A stretch of 64,000 bases of DNA, taken from the NCBI GenBank assembly GCA_004764695.1, contig SMSO01000007.1, positions 1 to 64,000 of the forward strand, in the 5' to 3' direction. The notes beneath the pieces were generated by a model. It saw nothing but the letters and a program-made list of their open reading frames with translations. It made no database searches and was not told the origin of the DNA. This document shows, piece after piece, positions 1 through 11,922 of this stretch (its first letter is position 1; every line of letters starts with the position of its first letter). The translations under genes and the position numbers were made by a program. Origin of the DNA: Schizochytrium sp. TIO01 (Eukaryota; Protista; Bigyra: Labyrinthulomycetes).

Positions 1-250
1 TAACCTAACCTAACCTAACCTAACCTAACCTAACCTAACCTAACCTAACCTAACCTAACCTAACCTAACCTAACCTAACCTAACCTAACCTAACCTAACC
101 TAACCTAACCTAACCTAACCTAACCTAACCTAACCTAACCTAACCTAACCTAACCTAACCTAACCTAACCTAACCTAACCTAACCTAACCTAACCTAACC
201 TAACCTAACCTAACCTAACCTAACCTAACCTAACCTAACCTAACCTAACC
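1..250. repeat. Telomere, (CCTAA)n = (TTAGG)n on the G-strand
   Basis: 50 perfect TAACC units starting at base 1 of the window. Confidence 0.98.
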
Positions 251-407
251 TACCTAACCTTACCTAACCTTACCTAACCTTACCTAACCTTACCTAACCT
301 TACCTAACCTTACCTAACCTTACCTAACCTTACCTAACCTTACCTAACCTTACCTAACCTTACCTAACCTTACCTAACCTTACCTAACCTTACCTAACCT
401 TACCTAC
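251..407. repeat. Proximal variant telomeric block, 10-mer alternating TAACC/TTACC
   Basis: 15 copies of TACCTAACCT followed by TACCTAC, then AT-rich unique DNA. Confidence 0.95.
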
Positions 408-1014
408 ATCATATTTATTATGGTTTTAGTATAAAAATATTTTAATGAAAAATAAAAAATATTTCATTTTAAAAAATAAAAAGTTTTTATGCGCCTGCTG
501 ACATTCGTGGATATGGGAGATTTCAATAAGAATAGTATATAATATGATGGAAGTACTTATGTCTAATTTGTAAAACTATTCTCTCACCATAATTCAACGT
601 TGATCGTTGATGAGTTGTGAAGCGTTGTAGTGGTGCTTGTAGAAAGGTTCTACCTATTTGTTTGATAGAGTTATGACATTACAAAGTTTGCCTTTTTGCG
701 TTATTAGTAATATGAGAAACTAAGAAATAATTTTCAAAGTTCAAATAAAACTTGAACATATTTTAATTTTTTCTGATCCAACACCTCTACCCTGTTGTAA
801 ATGTCACCAGCCTTCCAACAGTACCCCTCCATGATAAATATATTTTACCATTGTTGAGAAAAGGAATATTATACTAATCATTTAATTCTTTTTTTTTTTT
901 GACAAGTAGAGTGACAACTTGGAGCTTTCTTTCTCAAGCTTGAAAGTATATTATATCTCGCAAATCAAAAGCAGGCATCTCAGCAATCTATGTGCTATCA
1001 CGTTATCCCTACAG

Positions 1015-1376
1015 TGTTAAGGGCTATAAAAAGGCGTGACTAATGACCACTCGTCAATACCTAGTATACCCCGGTCCCATATATAGATTATCTCTTGACA
1101 CCCCCCCATTCTCTGGGCGAAAGGTTCATATTTCGGTTAGAGACTGATTCGACATCCCAGCAGGAATAGGACTCCCCTACCCCCCAGTAAGTCCTTCTTT
1201 TTCCAGGCACTTACATCATGGGGGGATCGAACCCGGGACCAACATACGGCAACTCTATCTCCTAGAGTTTCAGCTATTTGACTCTTAATCTGTTAAGGGC
1301 TATAAAAAGGCGTGACTAATGACCACTCGTCAATACCTAGTATACCCCGGTCCCATATATAGATTATCTCTTGACA
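1015..1376 (-). mobile_element. TRIM (miniature non-autonomous LTR retrotransposon), family 1, 362 bp
   Basis: Identical 86-bp TG...CA LTRs at 1015-1100 and 1291-1376; 5-bp TSD TACAG at 1010-1014 and 1377-1381. On the minus strand, PBS GATTAAGAGTCA (1290-1279) and PPT AGAGAATGGGGGGG (1114-1101). No ORF. Confidence 0.95.
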
Positions 1377-4300
1377 TACAGGAAAGCTTTGGCTATTCTA
1401 TTGACAGAGTTAGAACACTACTCAACTCGTTTCTTTCTCCCTATTATTAATATGAGAGACCAAAGAATTACTTTCAAAGATCAGTAAAAATAACTTTTAA
1501 AATTATTTCGCCTGAGAAAACACATTTCCCCTGTTGCAAATTGAAGTGGCTTTCCAACGGTACCGCTCGATGATTAATATATTATCTCATTGTTGAGAAA
1601 ATGAACTTTATACTAATTAATTTATTCTTTATCTTGCCAACAAATAGAGTCACAACTTAGAGCTTCTCTTCTCAAGCTTGCAAGAAGCGTTTCTCTCATG
1701 AATCAAATGTGGTCATCTCAATAAGTAATGGGCTATCGAGTGATTCATCTAGAAAATTTATGTTTTCTGTTTTCATAGAGTTACAACACTACTAAACTCA
1801 GCTCTTTCTCCTTATTAATAATATGAGAAACTAAGAAATGACTTTCAAAGTTAAAAAAAACATAATAACAATTTCTTTTTTTCTAAAGCATCACATCAAC
1901 CCTGTTGTAAATTGAAACAGCTTTCCAACGGTACCCCTCTATGATTAATATCTTTCCCCGTTGATAAGAAAATCTAGTTTAAACCGGTCATTTGATTCTT
2001 TATGCTGCTCACAAATAGAGTGACAACTTGAAGCTTTTTTGCTCAAAGTTGCAAGAACAGTTTCTCTCATAACTCAAATCCGCCCAATTTAACCAAGAAT
2101 GAGTTATCGAGTGATGCTTATAGCAAAGTCCTTTCTATTCTATTCATAGAGTTAGAACACTACTAAACTCAGCTCTTTCTCCATATTAATAATATGGGAG
2201 ACTAAGAAATGTCTTTCAAAAGTCAATAAAACATACTTTAAATTTTAGGTTTTCTGAACCAACACATCTACCCTGTTGTAAATTTAAGCAGCTTTACAAC
2301 GGTACCACTCGATGATTAAGATATTGCTCCATTGTTGAGAAAATGAATCTTATACTAACCATTTAATTATCTATCCTGCTCACAAATAGAGTGAGAACTT
2401 GGAATTTCTTTTCTCAAGCTTGGAAGAAGAACTTCTCTCATAACTCAAATGCGGACATCTCAGCAATGAATTTGCTATCGATTGGTTCTTCTATACAAGT
2501 TCTGTTTATTCTACTCAAAGAGTTACACCACTACTAAACTTGGTTCCTTCCCCCTATTAATAATATGAGAGACCAAAAATAAACTTTCAAAGGTCAGTAA
2601 AAACACATTTTAAGAATATTTCACCTGAGCAAACACATCTACCCTGTGGTAAATTGCATCAGCTTTCCAACGGCACCACTCCATTATTAATATATTGCTT
2701 CATTGCTGAGAAAATGAATCCTATACTAATCATTTTATTCTTTATCTTGCCAACAACTAGAGTAACAACTTAGAGCTTCTTTTCTAACACTTGAAAGAAG
2801 ATTTTCTCTCATAAATCAAATACGGCCATCTCCACAATTCATGCGCTATCGAATGGTGTTTGTAGAAAAGTTCTGTTTATTCTACTCAAAGAGTTAGAAC
2901 ACTACTAAACTCGTTTCCTTCCCCCTATTAATAATATGAGAGACCAAAAATAAACTTTCAAAGGTCAGTAAAACTATATATTAAAAGAAATTTTTCTGAG
3001 AAAACACATCTACCCTGTTGTAAATTCAAGCCGCTTTCCAATGGTACTACTCAATGATTAATACATTATCTCATTGTTGAGATATTGAATCTTATACTAT
3101 TCAATTTGCTAATAAATAGAGTAACAACTTGGAGTTTCTTTTCTCAAGCTTGCAAGTATTTTTTTTCTCATAAATCAAATATACGCATCTTAACAATTCA
3201 TGAGCTATCGAATGGTGCTTGTAGTAAAGCTCTGTCTATTCTATTGATAAAGTTAGAACACTACTAAACTTGGTTCTTTCCCCTATGAATAATATGAGAG
3301 ACCAAAATTAAACTTTCAAAGGTCAGTAAAACTATATGTTAAAAGTATTTTTTCTGAAAAAACACATCTAGCCTGTTGTCAATTCAAGCAGCTTTCCAAT
3401 GGTACCACTCGATGATTAATATATTATCTCATTGTTGAGATATTGAATCTTATACTATTCAATTTACCGTTTATCCTGCTTATAAATAGAGTAACAACTT
3501 GGACCTTCTTTTCTCAAGCTTGCAAAAATATTTTCAATCATAAATCAGACGCGGTTATCTCAAAACTTCATGATTTATCGAATGGTGCTTGTAGCAAAGT
3601 TCTGTCTGTTCTAGTAATAGAGTTATAACACTACTAAACTCGGTTTCTTCCCCTATTAATAATATAAGAAACAAAGAAATATCTTTCAAAAGTCAATAAA
3701 ACATAGTCATATTTTTTTTTCTGAGCAAACACATCTACCCTGTGGTAAATTGCATCAGCTTTCGAACGGTACCCCTCCATGATTAATATATTGCTTCATT
3801 ATTGAGAAAATGAATCGTATACTAATCATTTTATTCTTTATCCTGCCAACAAATAGAGTAACAACTTAGAGCTTCTTTTCTCAAACTTGAAAAACGTTTT
3901 TCTCTCATAAATCAAATGCGGCCATCTCCACAATCCATGCGCTATAGAATGGTGTTTGTAGAAAAGTTCTGTTTATTCTACTCAAAGAGTTAGACCACTA
4001 CTAAACTTGGTTCCTTCCCCCTATTAATAATATGGGAGACCAAAAATAAACTTTCAAAGGTCAGTAAAACTATATGTTTAAAGTATTAATTCTGAGAAAT
4101 TACATCTACCCTGTTGTAATTTCAAACCGCTTTCCAATGGTATCACTCCATGATTTATATATTTCCCCGTTGTTGAGAAAATGAATCTTGTACAAATCTT
4201 TAAATTCTTTCTTTTGTTATCAAATAGAGTAACAACTTAGAGCTTCCTTTCTCAAACTTGAAAACGTTTTTCTCTCATAAATCGAATGCGGCCATCTCCA

Positions 4301-5414
4301 CAATCCATGCGCTATAGAATGGTGTTTGTAGAAAAGTTCTGTTTATTCTACTCAAAGAGTTAGACCACTACTAAACTTGGTTCCTTCCCCCTATTAATAA
4401 TATGAGAGATCAAAAATAAACTTTCAAAGGTCAGTAAAACAATATGTTAAAAGGGTTTTTTCTGAGAAAACGCATCTACCCTGTTGCAGATCTTAACAGC
4501 TTTCCAACTGTATCACTCCATGATTAATATCTTTCCCCGTTGTTGAGAAAATGAATCTTATAGTAGCAAATGTTTTCTTTATCCTGCCAATAAACAGAGT
4601 AACAACTTGGACCTTGTTTACTCAAGCTTGCAAGAAGCTTTTCTCTCATAAATCAAATGCACTCATCTCAACAATTCATGTGCTATCGAAAGATTCTTCT
4701 AGAAAAGTTCTGCCTACTCTACTCATAGAGTTCAAACACTACTAAACTCAGCTCCTTCCCCCTATTAGTAATATGAGAAACAAAAAATAATCTTTCAAAG
4801 GTCAGTAGAAACACATTTTAAGAATATTTCAGCTAAGCAAACACATCAACCCTGTTGTAAATTGCCCCAGCTTTCCAACGGTACCCCTCCATGATTAATA
4901 TCTTTCCCCGTTGTTGAGAAAATGAATTTTATGCTAGCCGTTCAATTCTCTATCCTGCTCACAAATAGAGTGACAACTTGGGGCTTTTTTTCTCCAGCTT
5001 GCAAGAACATTTATTCTCATAAACCAAATCCATTCATCTTAACACTTCATAAACTATCGAATGGTGTTTGTAGAAAAGCTCTGTCGATTGTATTTATAGA
5101 GATACAACACTACTAACCTAGTTCCTTCCCCCTATTAATAACATGAGAGACAAAAAAAATAACTTTTAAAGGTCAGTAAAATGCATGTTTAAAGTATTTT
5201 TTCTGAGAAAACACATTCAATCTGTTGTAAATGCAACCAGCTTTCCAATGGTACACTTCAATAATTAATATATTATCCCGTTGTTAAGAAAATGAATCTT
5301 ATACTAACCATTAATTCTCTGTCCTGCCAATAAACAGAGTAATAACTTGGAGCTTCTTTTCTCAAGCTTGCAAGAAGCTTTTCTCTCATAAATTAAATTC
5401 GGGCATCTCATCAA

Positions 5415-6456
5415 TGTCGCGAGGACTGTTGCTCGGTTCTTATATGCAGGTCTTATATTAGGTGGGAACACGGGTAAGCGTTTCCCACAGTAGAGGGAAA
5501 AGGGAAAGAAAAACAGAAGAGACGGGAATCGAACTCAAGACGTAAGAAACCTTTTAATTATTTTAACCAAAAGGTGGTCTTAGCACTAAGCCGAATATTG
5601 TTGCTTCGCTGTACCTTATATAGATAATAGCTCCCAACAATACACCCCTTACGGACGTGAGAAACGATTTGTTCTTTCTGTGAAAGTTGAAGTTTATTAG
5701 TACGTACCACTGGAGCTATGACTGTGAATGTCCAGCTGGCGGACACCCCTGACTGTGAGGGGGGTACGACTAAGCTTTTCACTGCTCTACCCCAGAGTGC
5801 AAGCACTTTGGGCCCATAACCTGTCGCGAGGACTGTTGCTCGGTTCTTATATGCAGGTCTTATATTAGGTGGGAACACGGGTAAGCGTTTCCCACAGTAG
5901 AGGGAAAAGGGAAAGAAAAACAGAAGAGACGGGAATCGAACTCAAGACGTAAGAAACCTTTTAATTATTTTAACCAAAAGGTGGTCTTAGCACTAAGCCG
6001 AATATTGTTGCTTCGCTGTACCTTATATAGATAATAGCTCCCAACAATACACCCCTTACGGACGTGAGAAACGATTTGTTCTTTCTGTGAAAGTTGAAGT
6101 TTATTAGTACGTACCACTGGAGCTATGACTGTGAATGTCCAGCTGGCGGACACCCCTGACTGTGAGGGGGGTACGACTAAGCTTTTCACTGCTCTACCCC
6201 AGAGTGCAAGCACTTTGGGCCCATAACCTGTCGCGAGGACTGTTGCTCGGTTCTTATATGCAGGTCTTATATTAGGTGGGAACACGGGTAAGCGTTTCCC
6301 ACAGTAGAGGGAAAAGGGAAAGAAAAACAGAAGAGACGGGAATCGAACTCAAGACGTAAGAAACCTTTTAATTATTTTAACCAAAAGGTGGTCTTAGCAC
6401 TAAGCCGAATATTGTTGCTTCGCTGTACCTTATATAGATAATAGCTCCCAACAATA
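5415..6456 (-). mobile_element. Tandem-array TRIM, family 2 (3 LTRs and 2 internal regions, 407-bp period)
   Basis: Identical 228-bp LTRs at 5415-5642, 5822-6049 and 6229-6456; 179-bp internal regions; 5-bp TSD ATCAA at 5410-5414 and 6457-6461. Minus-strand PBS GGTTATGGGCCC abuts the LTR (5821-5810, 6228-6217); short purine tract AAGGGGTG precedes the next LTR. Confidence 0.93.
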
Positions 6457-7239
6457 ATCAATTCGTGTTCTATCAAGAGGTGCCTATAGCAAAGTTCTTT
6501 CTATTCTATTCATAGAGTTAGAGCACTACTAAACTCAGTTCTTTCTCCCTATTAATGATATGGGCGACTAAGAAATAACTTTCAAAGGTCAGTAAAAATA
6601 AATTTTAAAAACATTTCGCCTGAGAAAACACATGTACCCTGTTGCCAATTAAAGCTGCTTTCCAACGGCACCACCTGATGAGTAATATCTTTCCCCGTTG
6701 TTGAGAAAATGAACCTTATACTAATCATTTTGCTGCTCACAAATAGAGTGCCAACTTAGAGCTTCTTTTCTCAGGCTTGCAAGAAGAGTTTCTCTCATAA
6801 ATTAAATGTACCCACTTTAACTATTATTCAGCTATCCGACGGTGTTTGTAGCAAAGTTCTGTCTATTATATGCATAGAGTTACAACACTACTAAACTTGT
6901 TCCCTCCCCCTATTAATAATATGAGAGACCAAGAAATAACATTCAAAGGTCAATAAAAATAAATTTTAAACATATTTCGCCTGAGAAAACACATCTCGCC
7001 TATTGTAAATCTTAACAGCTTTCCAACGGTACCACCTGATGATTAGTATCTTTAGTGGTTAATGAAATATTGTCCCTTGTGAGGATCCATCAACTGCTTG
7101 TTTAAATAAAGTGATAACTAGGAGCTTCTTTTCGCAAGCTTGAAAACATATTTTCTCGCAACGATTATAACTATCCTGTGGTAAAACCGACGCACGTTCT
7201 GTCGGTGCCTGTCAATAAGATCTAGCTATTTTATCCAGA

Positions 7240-8680
7240 AAGTTATAACAGTACTAAGTTTAGTTCTTTCCTCTTATTAATAATATAGAAGAGTAACATT
7301 TTCTTTTAAAAGTTCGAAAAATACTTTCAAAGATTTGTTTTTTCGCACTCCTGCCATAATCCGTATTCTGTATTGCTTGCGCTTTCTACTGGTCCAAATC
7401 TTTAAATGATCAATAAAGTAGTTGTGGAGATAATGGGGTTTTAAAGAAGTGGGAGGCTGCTGCCAAATACCTGGAAGGGTATTTTCTCATAATTTTAGAA
7501 CGATTTCCTCTTGAAAACTTCAATAGTATAGCTCTCCATAAATTTTCTGATCTAATGGTGCAAAAATAGCATGTGTCTTTCAAGTAGTTGTCGAGAAAAT
7601 ATGTCTCTCTTTCTTTCGATAATTCATCAGTTGCCTTATAAAGTGATCGCTTGGAGCTTCTTTTTGCAAGCTTGAAAACATATTTTTTCGCAACGATTAT
7701 GACTATCCTGTGGTAACAACGACGCACTTCCCGGCGGTGCTTGTCGAAAAGACCTTACAATTTTATCAAGAAAGTTATAACAGTACTAAGTTTAGTTCTT
7801 TTCTCTTATTAATAATATGAAAAAAGAGTAATATTTTCTTTTAAAAGTTCGAAAAATACTTTCAAAGATTTGTTTTTTCTCACGCATGCCATCATCCGTA
7901 TTCTGTATTGCTTGCGCTTTCTACTGATCCAAATCTTTAAATGATCAATAAAGTAGTTGTGGAGATAATGGGGTTTTAAAGAAGTGGGAGGCTGCTGCCA
8001 AATACCTGGAAGGGTATTTTCTCATAATTTTAGAACGATTTCCTCTTGAAAACTTCAATAGTATAGCTCTCCATAAATTTTCTGATCTAATGGTGCAAAA
8101 ATAGCATGTGTCTTTCAAGTAGTTGTCGAGAAAATATGTCTCTCTTTCTTTCGATAATTCATCAGTTGCCTTATAAAGTGATCGCTTGGAGCTTCTTTTT
8201 GCAAGCTTGAAAACATATTTTTTCGCAACGATTATGACTATCCTGTGGTAACAACGACGCACTTCCCGGCGGTGCTTGTCGAAAAGACCTTACAATTTTA
8301 TCAAGAAAGTTATAACAGTACTAAGTTTAGTTCTTTTCTCTTATTAATAATATGAAAAAAGAGTAATATTTTCTTTTAAAAGTTCGAAAAATACTTTCAA
8401 AGATTTGTTTTTTCTCACGCATGCCATCATCCGTATTCTGTATTGCTTGCGCTTTCTACTGATCCAAATCTTTAAATGATCAATAAAGTAGTTGTGGAGA
8501 TAATGGGGTTTTGAAGAAATGGGAGGCTGCTGCCAAACACCTGGAAGGGTATTTTCTCATAATTTTAAAATGATTTCCTCTTGAGCACTTCCACAGTACA
8601 GCTCTCCATAAATTTGCTGATCGAATGGTGCAAGAATAACATGTGTCTCTCAAGTAGTTGTCGAGAAAAGCTGTCTTTCT
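7240..8680. repeat. Subtelomeric tandem array, ~535-bp units (about 2.7 copies)
   Basis: AGAAAGTTATAACAGTACTAAGTTTAG at about 7237, 7769 and 8304. The units are near-identical, shown by the duplicated spurious ORFs 7410-7727 and 7945-8262. Confidence 0.93.
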
Positions 8681-8724
8681 TTATTTATTCTGAGTTAAAT
8701 TAAAAATAATTAAATAATTTTAAA

Positions 8725-10346
8725 ATATGGCAACTACGTAGGGGTCAAACTCAATGTTGCTGACAGTGTTTTTCAATTCTGACACGCCTATCCTATTCAA
8801 CATTGAATTTCTGATTTAGTGATACCATTTTTATGGATCTCACTTTTCTTGGTGTTGACAAAATACCCCTTTGTTCAAAGTAATAGTATATTGAGAAAGA
8901 CAGAGCGAGTTGAAAGAAGCGTTATAAGGATGATGTAGGGGTCTTCTGAGCCATTAATAAAATATTTTTTAACTTTTGTGCTGTCACAAGGTTTATACTT
9001 TCCGAATCCTAGCTCGTAGTCCTAAAACTAAAAAGATCGATCAATTCCTCATCGAGAAAAGACCCCCTCAATAGTATTTATTCTAACTTTCTTTTTTAAA
9101 TTAAAAACCTTCAGTTCGATTTAAAAGAAAATTAAAAGATGACAACTACGTAGGGGTCAAACTCGATGTTGCCGAGAGTATTTTTCAATTCTGACACGCC
9201 TATCATATGCAAAATTGGATTTCAGATCTAATGATATCATTTGTATGGATCTCATTATTCTTGGTGTTGACAAAATACCCCTTTGTTCAAAGTAATAATA
9301 TATATTAAGAAAGAAAGACTGAGTTTAAAGAAACGCCTTAAGTATGATGTAGGGGTCTTCTGAGCTATTAATAAAATGATTTTTAACTTTTGGGCTGTCA
9401 CAATGTTCATACATTCCAAAACCTAGCTCGCAGTCCAAAAACGAAAAACATCGATCAAATCCTCGTCGAGAAAAGACCCCCAACAATAGCATTATTCTTA
9501 CTTTCTTTTTCAAATTAAAAACCTTTAAATAGATTTAAAAGAAAATTAAAAGATGGCAACTACGTAGGGGTCAAACTCGATATTGCCGACCGTATTTTTC
9601 ATTTCTGACACGCCTATCCTATGCCAAATTGAATTTCCTAACCAATGATACCACTGTTATGGACCTCTCTTTGCTTGATGTTGATTAAATACCCCTTTGT
9701 TCAAAGTCACAGTATATTGAGAAAGACAGAGCGAGTAAAAAGAAACGCCTTAACTATACTGTAGGGGTCTTCTGAGCCATTAATAAAATGTTTTTTAACT
9801 TTTGGCCTGTCACAATGTTCATACTTTCCGAACCCTAGCTCGCAGTCCGAAAACGAAAAACATCGATCAACTCCTCGTCGAGAAAAGGCCCCCTAAATAG
9901 CATTATTCTTACTTTCTTTTAAAAATTAAAAACCTTCAGTTAGATTTAAAAGAAAATAAAAAGATGGCAACTACGTAGGGGTCAAACTCGATATTGCCGA
10001 CCGTATTTTTCATTTCCGACACGCCTATCCTATGCGAAATTGAATTTCCAATATAATGATATCAATTTTATGGATCTCACTTCTCTTGGGGTTGACATAA
10101 TACCCCTTTATGCAAAGTGATAGTATATTGAGAAAGAAAGACCGAGTTAAAAGAAACGTCTTTACTATACTGTAGGGGTCTTCTGAGCCATTAATAAAAT
10201 GTTTTTTATTTTTTGTGCTGTCACCATGTTCATATGCTCTGACGCCTAGCTCGTAATCCAAAAACGAAAATCATCGATCAACTCCTTGTCGAGAAAAGAC
10301 CCCCTCAATAGCATTATTTTTACTTTCTTTTTTAAATTAAAAACCT
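8725..10346. repeat. Subtelomeric tandem array, ~412-bp units (4 copies)
   Basis: ATG(G/A)CAACTACGTAGGGGTCAAACTC at about 8727, 9139, 9553 and 9964. Confidence 0.93.
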
Positions 10347-11344
10347 TTTTAACAATTCTTTAAATTTAAAAGAAAGCATAAAAATATTTTAAATAACCTA
10401 ACGACAGTTCTCTGTTTAAAACGTACTATTATTTCCTCTATCCATCAACTAGTACCCCCCGTTCCCCATACTACTTAAATTAAAAAAAACTTTTAACGCC
10501 CTTTCCTTAACGTTTTGTCTATATGAGCCTCTAATGATATTTTAAAAAAATATTAAAAAGAATTATTATTTTTTCCTCCACCAAGTTCTGCAATTTTCCT
10601 TGTAACCTCATTTTTTTTTCTTTAACAAATAAATTTTCTCTTTCTTTTTTTCTCCGCCTTCCTATACTTTCATCTATCTTCTTCTTACCCAGTGGTCCTC
10701 CTTAAAAATTTCCCTTTAACTTTTCCAGCTTATAGTTTACCCTATGTGAAACATTATTATAAGCTTTTAAATCATGTTTAAAGGGAACAAGCTTCAATAA
10801 TCTTATTGTTTCCCTTAGTTACTTACTAACCCTTGCTTAAATTTTACTTGCTCTGCCCAGCTAACCAAGATTACTTTCCCAAGCCAAGCTTCGTCTAGCT
10901 ATCGCCGGGGGTCACTCAAAGAGAGTAATTCAAAAAGCAAATCCTCTGACAAATAAAAAAGGGACCTCCACCAGTGTCTCACCTACTCTGTATAGAGTAT
11001 AGCAAGAACTAATGAAACTCACTTTCTAATTCATCACTATCGCGTTTCTTTATCTAAACTCTATCCCTCCTAATCACCTTCCCAATAATATACTATCCAA
11101 CTCCAACGCCCCCCCATTCTTTCAATAACAAACTCTATGCAACACCTTATCAACTTAGTTATCAGTTCAAACTAGCCTATTGTTTCATCTACCAACCCAC
11201 TAACAACCCATGCTCCCTGCCCTTGTATGATATCCAAGAAGATCTTCATACCCAAATCATCCAATCCAATATACCGGGAGTCCCCAACAATAAAAATTAT
11301 AAAAAAGAAAAGAAAAAACTTTATACTAGTAAATAGTACAAAGA

Positions 11345-11721
11345 ACAGATCAACGGAACGAAGGCCAAACCTCAGCAGATCGTAGGGCAAGGCCTACTCT
11401 CATGCTTACAGTACCCCGTCCAAGCTAAGTCGTCTACAAAGGATCTCTTGCTTGATTCGTTGAAATTGTGATGAGAGAAAGCGCTGATTTTGACAGCACT
11501 GGTTTCAATCGGTTTACAAAAATTGTATAGATACTCGTAGTAACTAATCAAGCATGTAATATCATCGCCTTCAGCATCGTTTCGGACTTAGAGGCGTTCA
11601 GCCCTGAACGAACGCATGATAGCTTTGCGGCATTGACTTTTCAGACAACCGCGTTACCAATGATGCGGTCCAAAGGTTCCTCTCGTACTAACCTGAACTA
11701 CTGGTACGACAACAACTTCAT

Positions 11722-11777
<56 letters not shown>

Positions 11778-11822
11778 TTAACGGGTGAACAATCCGACCA
11801 TTGCGCCCTTCTGCAAGCGCAG

Positions 11823-11856
<34 letters not shown>

Positions 11857-11879
11857 AACGTCGCTATGAACGCTTGGCT

Positions 11880-11922
<43 letters not shown>

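Larger units (their letters stand above)
600..7250. repeat. Subtelomeric tandem array, ~370-bp diverged units
   Basis: Landmark (A)CACTACTAAACT recurs at about 1415, 1785, 2155, 2525, 2897, 3257, 3627, 3995, 4365, 4735, 5106, 6522 and 6885. The array is interrupted by two LTR insertions. Boundaries are approximate. Confidence 0.93.

Noticed and set aside
3085-5116. Recurrent 60-64 aa ORFs (MNLIL...) in 370-bp units, and a possible hidden exon structure
   Set aside because: Stops interrupt this frame in other units, unit lengths are mostly not multiples of 3, and the candidate GTCAGT/CAG splice sites are not conserved.
5558-6285. Duplicated 106-aa ORFs
   Set aside because: They cross TRIM LTR/internal junctions, begin at a non-ATG codon and show no gag or pol motifs.
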